NCBI GenBank assembly: GCA_905187695.1
Contig: CAJJIY010000003.1
Location: 4,812-68,811 of the forward strand
Direction of reading: 5' to 3'
Length of the DNA: 64,000 nucleotides
DNA from: an uncultured Eubacteriales bacterium
GTDB taxonomy: Bacteria > Bacillota > Clostridia > Oscillospirales > CAG-272
This document shows positions 48,157-56,475 of this stretch, piece by piece. The notes beneath the pieces were generated by a model. The model was not told the origin of the DNA. It saw nothing but the letters and a program-made list of their open reading frames with translations, and ran no database searches. Within the stretch, counting starts at the first letter, position 1; each line of letters opens with the position of its first letter. Made by a program: the position numbers and the translations under genes.

Positions 48157-49344
48157 TCAATCAATATTGCCCATCAAATTCACGCAATCGATGATTGCTT
48201 TACCACAAAAATCGAGATTACCATATGCCGTATGCCTTTGAGCTATGATTATAATATCACTATTTTGTATTACCACATTGACATCCATATTAGGAATATC
48301 TGAAATCATGTTCAGCGGAGAATTCACCTCATTAGCTAAAATACGATAGCCTTGATGTTGCAAATATTTGCATAGTGTGATACCACTACTTTCTCTGCAA
48401 TCCTCGCAGTTAGCTTTATAGCTAAGACCTAAAACGCCAATTATCTTCGAACTGTCTTCGCCAATCATCTGAATTGCTTTTTTGGCGATATAAATGGGTT
48501 TATAGTTATTGGCATCACGAGATGCCTTGATAAGAGAGGCATCGTCTCCAAATCTTTCAATTAAAAAATATGGGTCTACAGCTATGCAATGACCGCCGAC
48601 CCCACTTCCCGGTTGGAGAAGATTGCATCTTGGATGACGGTTAGCTATTTCAATCACTCGAAATGGATCAACGCCTTCTCGATCACACATGATGGAAAGT
48701 TGGTTGACAAATGCAAGTTCGACATCTCGATGAGCATTTTGAGTAAGCTTAACAAATTCTGCCGTTGAAATATCTGTTAATTCTTTTCTGCCAGTGTTAA
48801 TAAAATCATATATTTCCTTCGCTTTTTGAGCTGCAATTGGCGTCTTGCCTCCAAGAACGCGCGAGTTCGTTGCAATTTCGTGGAATATATTGCCCGGTAA
48901 AATAGATTCGGGGCAATAGCAATATAAAAAATCAACGCTTTCAGGCACCAAACATCTTAAAAGCTTGTAAAAGTTTTTGTTTGAGCCTATCGGAACTGTG
49001 GATTCCAAAATCACAAGATCTCCGTTTTTGATATGAGGCGCGAGTTCTGTCAGTGCCTTTTCCACAAAAGAATTGTCGGAAGAATAATCTGGATTTACGG
49101 GAGTTTGAACGGTGACGATGTATGTATCAGAATCAGTTATACTATCGGATACGAACAGTGTTTTTCCGAGAACATCATCAAGCGTTGCATCAAGTTCCGG
49201 CTCGGTATATGAATACTTCTTTTGCGTTAAAGTGTTAATCAATGATGGATTTTTATCTACACCAAATACTGTTACACCCGACTTGGCAAATGCACAAGCA
49301 ACGGGCAAACCAACATAGCCAAGACCTATTACGGATATATTCAT
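48157..49344 (-). CDS. wecC: UDP-N-acetyl-D-mannosamine (nucleotide-sugar) dehydrogenase, WecC/Cap5O-like
   Basis: 395 aa. NAD fold ISVIGLGYVGLPVA, plus ESTVPIGS and GGHCIAVDPYF. Confidence 0.85.
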   Translation of the reverse strand: MNISVIGLGYVGLPVACAFAKSGVTVFGVDKNPSLINTLTQKKYSYTEPELDATLDDVLGKTLFVSDSITDSDTYIVTVQTPVNPDYSSDNSFVEKALTELAPHIKNGDLVILESTVPIGSNKNFYKLLRCLVPESVDFLYCYCPESILPGNIFHEIATNSRVLGGKTPIAAQKAKEIYDFINTGRKELTDISTAEFVKLTQNAHRDVELAFVNQLSIMCDREGVDPFRVIEIANRHPRCNLLQPGSGVGGHCIAVDPYFLIERFGDDASLIKASRDANNYKPIYIAKKAIQMIGEDSSKIIGVLGLSYKANCEDCRESSGITLCKYLQHQGYRILANEVNSPLNMISDIPNMDVNVVIQNSDIIIIAQRHTAYGNLDFCGKAIIDCVNLMGNID

Positions 49345-50393
49345 GATTCACCTTCTTTCAAAATTACTTGCACGATTTGCTGCGCCGCATCTCCCTTGCC
49401 GTAATAATCAACATCCATATGTGTGGTTTGACGGCTTAGAAGTGATTTGAATTTACAGCAAAACTCTTCCGTCGGAGAAACAAGCTCCATAAAATCAAAG
49501 TTCGCTTTCCGTTCACTGACTTTACGAACTATCAACAGCTTTTTGGCGTTCAAAATACACTCTTCCTGGACTCCGCCGCTATCGGATATAACAATCTCAG
49601 ATGCAAGAAGCTGCTTGTAAAATTCATCCGAAGGAAGCGGGTTGCAAAGAACAACATTTGCGATACTGCCGAGGTATTTTTGTGCAAGCTTAGTTATAAC
49701 TGGGTTAGGATGTACTGGGAAAAGCCAATTGTAATCAGGATAGTCCTTCGCAAGCTCGGAGATCTGACCTAAGATTTTTTTGAGGTACGGAAGGTTCTCT
49801 CGCCTATGTAAAGTAATCAAAACCTGCTTCTTAACAGTGGATACAAAAGGTTTGTTTTGTGTTCTATAATCAACAAATGTGTTTCCCACAACGTGAATAC
49901 CGTTATCGGAAAAACCTTCTGCTAACAAATTGCGTTTTTCGTCTTCTGATGGACAAAAATGCAATGACGTCATCACAGATATCATACGGCGAAAGCTTTC
50001 TTCAGGATAAGGATTGCTTAAATCATATGTACGCATTCCGGCTTCAACGTGATAGACGGGAATTTGCCTCATGAATCCATATTCCGCTCCTGCCAAAGCA
50101 CTTAATGTATCGCCTTGAACAATCACGGCAAAATAGATGTTTTTTCCAAGAGCTGTATTCATTTGACTGAGCATCGCCGCTTTAGTATCTATCAAATCTT
50201 TGTATTGGCCACAGATGCACAATCTGTAATCAGGCTTAATATCTTCTGTGGTGAGCAGATCGTCGAGGATTGCATCGTGCTGATTTGTGTTCAACAAATC
50301 ATAGGGTATATTGTGATGCTTTAATTCCCTCATAACAGGGATCAATTTAATTGCTTCTGGACGCGTACCGAAAACAACGAGTATTTTGTTCAT
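49341..50393 (-). CDS. wecB: UDP-N-acetylglucosamine 2-epimerase (non-hydrolysing)
   Basis: 350 aa. The N-terminus KILVVFGTRPEAIKLIPV is the WecB signature. 4-nt overlap with wecC. Confidence 0.9.
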   Translation of the reverse strand: MNKILVVFGTRPEAIKLIPVMRELKHHNIPYDLLNTNQHDAILDDLLTTEDIKPDYRLCICGQYKDLIDTKAAMLSQMNTALGKNIYFAVIVQGDTLSALAGAEYGFMRQIPVYHVEAGMRTYDLSNPYPEESFRRMISVMTSLHFCPSEDEKRNLLAEGFSDNGIHVVGNTFVDYRTQNKPFVSTVKKQVLITLHRRENLPYLKKILGQISELAKDYPDYNWLFPVHPNPVITKLAQKYLGSIANVVLCNPLPSDEFYKQLLASEIVISDSGGVQEECILNAKKLLIVRKVSERKANFDFMELVSPTEEFCCKFKSLLSRQTTHMDVDYYGKGDAAQQIVQVILKEGES

Positions 50394-51517
50394 AGTAATT
50401 CCCTAATAAGTCTTTTTTGCTCGTGTGCCTCGGATAAGTAATCGACACTTCGAATTGCTTTTCTTGCTTGCACACTATAATAATCATGGGCTGTACAAAG
50501 CTCTATTAACTTTGATAAAAACGCTTCATGGTTTAAAACAAAGCTGATACCTTCGCCATCCGTTACATACTGCTTTACACATTCGAGATGATCAAAAACA
50601 ACAGTAGGAAGGCCACCTGCCATTCCTTCAAAAATACCTCTGCCATACGTTTCCCAATTGGAAACAGAAATATTGATATGTGCTCTGGCTATGAGTGCGG
50701 CAAGTTCTTTTTGCGGTAGAACACCGTGAAAAATTACTTTTTCGGATAATCCGTTAGCTGTAATATAAGTATGGCAGTCCGAAAGAACAGAATCATTTTG
50801 ATAGCTACCGGCAAGATGTAATCGTACGTCTATTGCGTGTTCAGATAACTCCTTAAGCAAAACAATAGCTTCTTTCGTGTTCTTTTGCTCCTTAATGGAT
50901 GCAATATAAAGTAATTCGATTGGAAAATGTGTTTGTTTTACGACAGGCTTAATATAAGATGAATAACCCCTTGGAATAACCTTGATCTTGTTTTCATCAA
51001 TTCCAAAAACACGAATCATATCCTGTTTTTCCGAATCACTCGGAGTTAAGATCTTGCCTGCGGAACAAAGAGCGCTGCACTCTTCTGCTATGTATTCATC
51101 AGGAGGATATTCTCCCGAGCGCTTATACGATGGAGAAAGATACATTGGAAACAGAACAATCTTGCTTCTTTCTTCTGCCGACAACCGTTCGATTCCAAAG
51201 GCTTTGCTGCAATGAGTTATAATAACCGTGTCATATGCAGCAATCTCTTTTCTCAGGCGTGAAAATAACTGCTCCTTGTTTGCGAGTCTGCGAGCAAACT
51301 TGTCGCTTAAATGATGCTCGTATGTTTCAAAAGAAACCTTTCGAACGCCCTCGATGACTTCAAATCCCTTGCGAGGTGTTCGGGTGAAAATAACATCTAA
51401 AATACAGTTGTATTTTAATGCCTGAATTAAGCTATATATTAAAATGCTTCCGCCGTCGGTATCATCACCAAAGCTTGGGAATTTACCCGTAAAAAGCAGT
51501 ACCTTTTTTAATTCCAT
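50390..51517 (-). CDS. Glycosyltransferase family 4 (GT-B)
   Basis: 375 aa. C-terminal motif ETYGRGIFEGMAGGLPTVVFD. Confidence 0.8.
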   Translation of the reverse strand: MELKKVLLFTGKFPSFGDDTDGGSILIYSLIQALKYNCILDVIFTRTPRKGFEVIEGVRKVSFETYEHHLSDKFARRLANKEQLFSRLRKEIAAYDTVIITHCSKAFGIERLSAEERSKIVLFPMYLSPSYKRSGEYPPDEYIAEECSALCSAGKILTPSDSEKQDMIRVFGIDENKIKVIPRGYSSYIKPVVKQTHFPIELLYIASIKEQKNTKEAIVLLKELSEHAIDVRLHLAGSYQNDSVLSDCHTYITANGLSEKVIFHGVLPQKELAALIARAHINISVSNWETYGRGIFEGMAGGLPTVVFDHLECVKQYVTDGEGISFVLNHEAFLSKLIELCTAHDYYSVQARKAIRSVDYLSEAHEQKRLIRELL

Positions 51518-52602
51518 AACAAAATATATTCCTCAAAAATTCGATCGAAAGAATACATAGTGATGTATTTTTCCGTATTTTGAATCAAAAGTTGTTTTTT
51601 GTTCAGCAGAGTATCAACAGCAACTGCCATCTCTTCTTCCGTATTAACGAGTGCGCCGTTCTCAGCACCGATATATTCGCTGACAGCTCCGCAATTTGTA
51701 ACAACTACAGGAACACCCGAACAGATAGATTCGAGCAGACTTCTTCCCATGCCTTCCGTGTGTATATAGCTTCCGCCCGGCACAGCCTTTTCGAGATCTG
51801 TGCTTGCCTGTGCATAAACATCCGCCGCCGCAATCAAAGCAACCGCATCCTTTTGCGCAAGATTGCCGAGAAAACGAATAGAATAAGGTTGGCTGTTAGC
51901 AAGCTCCTTCATCTCTGCTTCAAGCGGTCCATCACCTGCCAAAAGCAAAGTTACCGTGGCATTACATTTTGCGAGAGAGCGAATCAAAAAATCAGTTCTT
52001 TTATATGGAACAAATCTTGCGCAGCTGACACACAAATAGTCGGACGGTCCAATGCCATATTGTTTGCGAGTATCAGAGCGTTTTGCAATCGCTTCACGAA
52101 TTGTGTAAGGATCAATTCCACCAGCCACATGACGAAGAATAGATTGTTTGATGCCGAACTCAAGCAGCCTCCTGTCGGTAAAGTCACTATTGGTAATTAG
52201 ATAATCAATTGTGTTGTTGATTGCTTCACGCCAATACGCTTTCCTTTCGGCATAAACGGGTATATCAATGGTAAGCGGTGATTGAATAATCTCGTTACCG
52301 CCTGTGCGATAGGTCATTATGGCCGAGGGGAGCAATTCCCGAATGCGGTGCAATTTCTCAATCCAACGACCGCTATTAAAGAACAATACAGTTTTGTCGT
52401 TCTTGAATTTTGGTAAAAAGTCTTCAAGAGTAATATGTTTGATATATTGATAATCGGTATTTAACAAGATGTCTTTCCCATCAAGACGAGAAATGATATG
52501 TAATTCGTATTTGTTCTTGAAATACTGTGCGAAATAATGCGCGTGTGTTTCCATACCGCCTATTAACGGTGGAAGCCTGTCCGCAAAAAGGATTATTTTC
52601 AT
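51508..52602 (-). CDS. Glycosyltransferase family 4 (GT-B; MshA/BshA-like N-terminus)
   Basis: Start at ATG 52602 (MKIILFADRLPPLIGGMETHAHYF). Contains EGMGRSLLESICSGVPVVV. Confidence 0.8.
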   Translation of the reverse strand: MKIILFADRLPPLIGGMETHAHYFAQYFKNKYELHIISRLDGKDILLNTDYQYIKHITLEDFLPKFKNDKTVLFFNSGRWIEKLHRIRELLPSAIMTYRTGGNEIIQSPLTIDIPVYAERKAYWREAINNTIDYLITNSDFTDRRLLEFGIKQSILRHVAGGIDPYTIREAIAKRSDTRKQYGIGPSDYLCVSCARFVPYKRTDFLIRSLAKCNATVTLLLAGDGPLEAEMKELANSQPYSIRFLGNLAQKDAVALIAAADVYAQASTDLEKAVPGGSYIHTEGMGRSLLESICSGVPVVVTNCGAVSEYIGAENGALVNTEEEMAVAVDTLLNKKQLLIQNTEKYITMYSFDRIFEEYILLWN

Positions 52603-53273
52603 AATATCTCCAATTTTCTGAGTGCTACAGAGATTCCGTCCTCTCCGGCAGTCGTTGTAGTGATTGTGGCAACGGCGCAAACCTCTTTGGGCGCGCCTCC
52701 CATTGCTACGGAAATATCGGCACTCTTGAGCATCTCTATATCGTTATATCCATCGCCAAAAGCGATTATGTTTTTTGTGGAAATACCCAATTCGCGGCAT
52801 ACGATACCAAGTCCGTTGGGTTTAGTAATATTTTTAGGTGTAATGTCTATGTTGCCGCTTTGCTCCCATATATACGATTGGTATGCATCGTTAACAACAA
52901 ATCGCTCCTTCGCACAAGGCAACTCCAAAGCATAAATTGTTCCGTCATAAGAATAATCAACCACAGAAACACCGCACGTCTTTGCTTGATGCTTAATATC
53001 TGCGACTATATTTGGGTGGAGAGGTTGCGAAAATACGACACAATCTCCTATTTTTACGAGTCCGCCATTCATTAAAACGAGAAAGTCAAATTGAAATTGA
53101 GCGAGAATCGGCGCAAGCATTTCCTCGGTACGCAATGTGGAAAGCCCGAGAATATAACCTTTTTCTCTCAATGCGTTCAAATCGGAAAGGACTTGATTCG
53201 AAATGAAAATACCGCGCTTTGTTTCAATCAATGTGTTTCCTACGTCAAATACGATTAGCTTTTTGTTTCTCAT
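52599..53273 (-). CDS. HAD-IIB (Cof-like) hydrolase with an atypical motif I
   Basis: 224 aa. IVFDVGNTL occupies the DxDGT position. The C-terminus AFGDGYNDIEML is the Cof-type motif IV. Confidence 0.7.
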   Translation of the reverse strand: MRNKKLIVFDVGNTLIETKRGIFISNQVLSDLNALREKGYILGLSTLRTEEMLAPILAQFQFDFLVLMNGGLVKIGDCVVFSQPLHPNIVADIKHQAKTCGVSVVDYSYDGTIYALELPCAKERFVVNDAYQSYIWEQSGNIDITPKNITKPNGLGIVCRELGISTKNIIAFGDGYNDIEMLKSADISVAMGGAPKEVCAVATITTTTAGEDGISVALRKLEIL

Positions 53274-53976
53274 AGTACTGCTTCAAATTCAAAAATTCAA
53301 TGTTGTTTTTATTTGCGTATGAGATAAGCTCTCCGAGAAAATCCGCCACACCATATGCATTGTTACGTAACTTACGAGCGTCTTCTGCAGAAAGCATACT
53401 GTATCGGGTTGCCGACATAGAATCCTTCAAACGGCGTATTGTTGAAAAATCACAGGAATTTAATACAAGGTGAATTGGATGAAAATTAAACACATAGACA
53501 GCATCTCTATGCATCCTTTTCAAAATATCGTCAAGCCTTGGTACTCCGTGATACTTTAAATATCCTCCGTCTTCAAAGAAAATAGGTATCTGCAAAATAC
53601 CGCATCTATCCCAAAATGGAGCAATGCTTACAAGATCTGTGCAAATATTTGATGCATAGGAAAAGCCACGATTGGCGAATTCCTCCTCAATGTCGTTAGA
53701 AGAATAATATTTATGGCATCTGAATCCAACGGCATCCCCGTAAAATTGTTCAATGGTGGAAAAAACCTCGCTCATGGAACCACCATGCGTGCTTTGAGCG
53801 CAAAAATTAGGGTGAGGTTCAGTCTCCCACCAAGTATTCTCGCACACTGCTTTATCAAGATATTCCGACCTTCCCGTCATGAAAATTGTAAGGGGGAGTT
53901 CTTTTAACGGACGGTATGCAATATCCAAAAAATCATCACTGACAAAATCCACATCCGAGGTTAAAATAAAAGTCAT
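53245..53976 (-). CDS. Putative polysaccharide deacetylase-like (WbmS-like) protein
   Basis: 243 aa. The N-terminus ILTSDVDFVSDDF and overall size recall deacetylase-like proteins of O-antigen loci. The assignment is weak. Confidence 0.35.
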   Translation of the reverse strand: MTFILTSDVDFVSDDFLDIAYRPLKELPLTIFMTGRSEYLDKAVCENTWWETEPHPNFCAQSTHGGSMSEVFSTIEQFYGDAVGFRCHKYYSSNDIEEEFANRGFSYASNICTDLVSIAPFWDRCGILQIPIFFEDGGYLKYHGVPRLDDILKRMHRDAVYVFNFHPIHLVLNSCDFSTIRRLKDSMSATRYSMLSAEDARKLRNNAYGVADFLGELISYANKNNIEFLNLKQYYEKQKANRI

Positions 53977-54884
53977 ACAGTGCCTCCGATGGAATGATAT
54001 TTATCAATCATAGCACGGTCTATTGCGCATTTTTCGGCAAGCTCGTCCCAACCGCAGTAATTGGTTAAAATATCGCTAAGATGCCTTGTGCGCACACCGT
54101 TTTCGATAGTGAAATATTCTATTTTGCCGCTGTGAAGAAGATTAAACATTGTGTCTGTCATTAGCTTGTTATCTTTGAAGGAAAGTTCAATATCAGTATC
54201 CGACAATGCTATGCGAATTTTGTCAGCAATAGCAAAATACTTGTCATCTTCAATGGCATAAACCAAATCCTTTTCAGGTTGACCGTAAGTCATATATTGA
54301 TAGAACTTCCATCTTGACACACGGAATTCCTTGCAGCTTGCGATGTACTCGGCAAGCGGAACAAGACTGTCATAATTCACGGGAGTGATTACGCTGTGCA
54401 ACTTAAGATCAAAGCCTTTAGCAGTGAAATCCGCAAAGCGTTCGCGGAAACGGGAAACATAGTCGCGATACGGCCCCGTATTTCTTCCAATTTTACTTAG
54501 CACCGTCTCGTCAAGTGAATCGAGCGTAATGGTAATTCTATCAACAACGCCAACCAATTGCTCGGTAATATCAGGTGTCAGATTTACAGCATTTGAAAGC
54601 AACTCAACGCGAAGGTTATCTTCCTTGCTCTCGGATTTGAATTGTCGCAAATGACGGATAAGCTCCAAAAAATTCGTATTCTTAACTCCCCCAAGAACGG
54701 TGGGCTCTCCACCCGATATTGTGAGCTTTCTTACATGAAATTTCTCATAAAGATGCGTTACAAGCTCTTTAATCTTTTTCACAGGAAGCTCGGATGCAAT
54801 CGATTCAGGTGTCGTATCACGGAAGCAATAGCCGCAATTCAAGATGCATCTCGGAGTTGTCATATAATAGATGGAATAATACAT
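53973..54884 (-). CDS. Viperin-like radical SAM enzyme (pVip-like)
   Basis: 303 aa. CILNCGYCF is a CxxxCxxC cluster. Segment-by-segment resemblance to viperin/RSAD2: LTISGGEP vs [24 protein letters not shown] vs [27 protein letters not shown] vs [19 protein letters not shown] vs [16 protein letters not shown] vs SNQKMKDS. Confidence 0.65.
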   Translation of the reverse strand: [303 protein letters not shown]

Positions 54885-54892
54885 TTTTACCT

Positions 54893-55462
54893 CTAATCCT
54901 CGATATACAAGTCACAGATCTCACGCATCTGTGCCTTTCTTTCTTCTGTGTGATGATCATTAACGCCGATCACAGTTGCATTCGCCAATTTAGCCGCGAT
55001 GCAATGTTTATAATTGTCGTCTATTAACAAAAGCAAAGGTTGTGAGTAATAAGCCTCATCCTTTCGCTCGTCACCGACAGTAATGATCTCATCAAAAATA
55101 TTGATGTTATAATGTGAAAGCCACTGCCGAACAAGCTCACTTGGTTCTCGGGTGATAATAGTTATTTTACTACCGATAGGCAAAGAGCGAACAGTTGACA
55201 ATACGAGTTCTTTTGGAGCATGCTTGACGTATGCGAGTTTAGCACACTCTAACAGTTCGTTAGCGCATTCTCCAAGTTGGGAGTTGATAAGTCCTTGCCA
55301 TTCTGCAAAGGTACATTTATCGAATGAATCAATTGTTGATACAGAGGGCTGCTGTTTTTTTCGTTCACACAAAAGCAGATATGCCTCTATCCAACAACCA
55401 TTGGAGTCTATGAGCGTGCCGTCGAAATCGACAAGCGTTGTTTTTATGTGTGTTGATATCAT
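54893..55462 (-). CDS. HAD-superfamily phosphatase (canonical DxDGT)
   Basis: 189 aa. Motif I LVDFDGTLIDS and a late LLLIDD motif. Confidence 0.75.
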   Translation of the reverse strand: MISTHIKTTLVDFDGTLIDSNGCWIEAYLLLCERKKQQPSVSTIDSFDKCTFAEWQGLINSQLGECANELLECAKLAYVKHAPKELVLSTVRSLPIGSKITIITREPSELVRQWLSHYNINIFDEIITVGDERKDEAYYSQPLLLLIDDNYKHCIAAKLANATVIGVNDHHTEERKAQMREICDLYIED

Positions 55463-55794
55463 AATTCAACCACCGTAACACCGTTATTGCACACACGCAT
55501 GAGCTGTTCAAGCTCTTGATACTTGTTTTTTAACTCCAAAGCCTTGAAATTAAAGAGAGTAAAGTCCTCACCAAAGATTACGGTCTTGACCTTGCCGTTC
55601 CGCTCCTGTGCTTTCAACCATTGACGGGCTTTTTCGCATATAGCACCGCCTTTTCCGGTGCTTCCGTAGCCATGTATAATTAACACGCACTGACACTTGT
55701 CTCGTTTAAGCTTCACAATAGAATCTTGTAAATATCTCATAGCATCCGCAACCAAAGGCATATCTTGCTTAATATTGATTTCAGTATATTTCAT
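55459..55794 (-). CDS. Smr-like domain protein
   Basis: Start at ATG 55794, 5 nt after a GGAGG RBS. VLIIHGYGSTGKGG and the C-terminal NNGVTVVEL match Smr motifs. The N-terminal LDLHG motif is not conserved. Confidence 0.55.
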   Translation of the reverse strand: MKYTEINIKQDMPLVADAMRYLQDSIVKLKRDKCQCVLIIHGYGSTGKGGAICEKARQWLKAQERNGKVKTVIFGEDFTLFNFKALELKNKYQELEQLMRVCNNGVTVVEL

Positions 55795-55845
55795 AATATC
55801 CTCCGCCAAATCGTATTTGCTTCGGGATACAAATATCCATTAAAA

Positions 55846-55874
55846 ATTATATCACAAAATTATTAACAAATCAA
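55846..55874 (-). promoter_or_regulatory. Extended -10 consensus promoter of the 9-gene cargo operon
   Basis: Minus strand: -35 TTGATT (55874-55869), 17-nt spacer, TGaTATAAT with the -10 hexamer at 55851-55846. Confidence 0.55.
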
Positions 55875-55889
55875 TGTATTTCACAATAC

Positions 55890-55918
55890 TTGACAAATTT
55901 TGCAAAAGGTGCTATAAT
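55890..55918 (+). promoter_or_regulatory. Perfect consensus sigma-A promoter, divergent from the cargo operon promoter
   Basis: -35 TTGACA (55890-55895), 17-nt spacer, -10 TATAAT (55913-55918). Confidence 0.6.
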
Positions 55919-56138
55919 AATCGGCGAGCCATTTGAAGCATCCTTGGCAACAGGGATAGCACGGTGCGTTTTAACGCAGCGCATCGAGCCATTCGGATGG
56001 TGAAATTGAATATTTTCATAAAATCAGATGACCGCTAAAAGCGGTAAAGTAGGTCAATGCGGGGATCTTTGACCGAAACTGTATGTCTCTTAAACAGAGG
56101 TTTTTGTAAAATGTATGAAGAAAGAAATGAGGTACATT

Positions 56139-56462
56139 ATGACACAAAACCGCACCGATTTAGGAAAAGTTGTAGGGGCAAATTTAAGGCGTCTGATTAA
56201 AGGGTCAGCGTACCGTACGCAAGCGGAATTTGCCTATGCATTCGGCGTCGACGAGCGAACCGTCAGAAGATGGGTGAGCAGTGGGATCGAAAAGGTCTAC
56301 ATCATCGACGAAATCGCGCACTTCTTTAAGATAGACCGCATGAACCTCCTCTCAGAACGAGAGGAGGTTTCTCCTTTTTATAGGACAAAACGTGTCCTAA
56401 CACTTTCTCATAATATCTGCTATAATGTTATTCGTCAAAGGCGTTCATTGAAAATAGAATAG
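56139..56462 (+). CDS. XRE-family helix-turn-helix regulator
   Basis: Start at ATG 56139, after a GAGG RBS. LRRLIKGSAYRTQAEFAYAFGVDERTVRRWVSSG fits an HTH_XRE fold. The C-terminal third is doubtful because a terminator-like hairpin lies inside it. Confidence 0.6.
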   Translation: MTQNRTDLGKVVGANLRRLIKGSAYRTQAEFAYAFGVDERTVRRWVSSGIEKVYIIDEIAHFFKIDRMNLLSEREEVSPFYRTKRVLTLSHNICYNVIRQRRSLKIE

Positions 56463-56475
56463 TCGAAGGAGGAGC

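Noticed and set aside
55925-56110. Match of the XRE leader to a known riboswitch class (c-di-GMP, ykkC, ZTP, preQ1, THF, Mn)
   Set aside because: I could not find conserved core sequences of these classes by eye. It is kept only as an unclassified structured leader in the findings.
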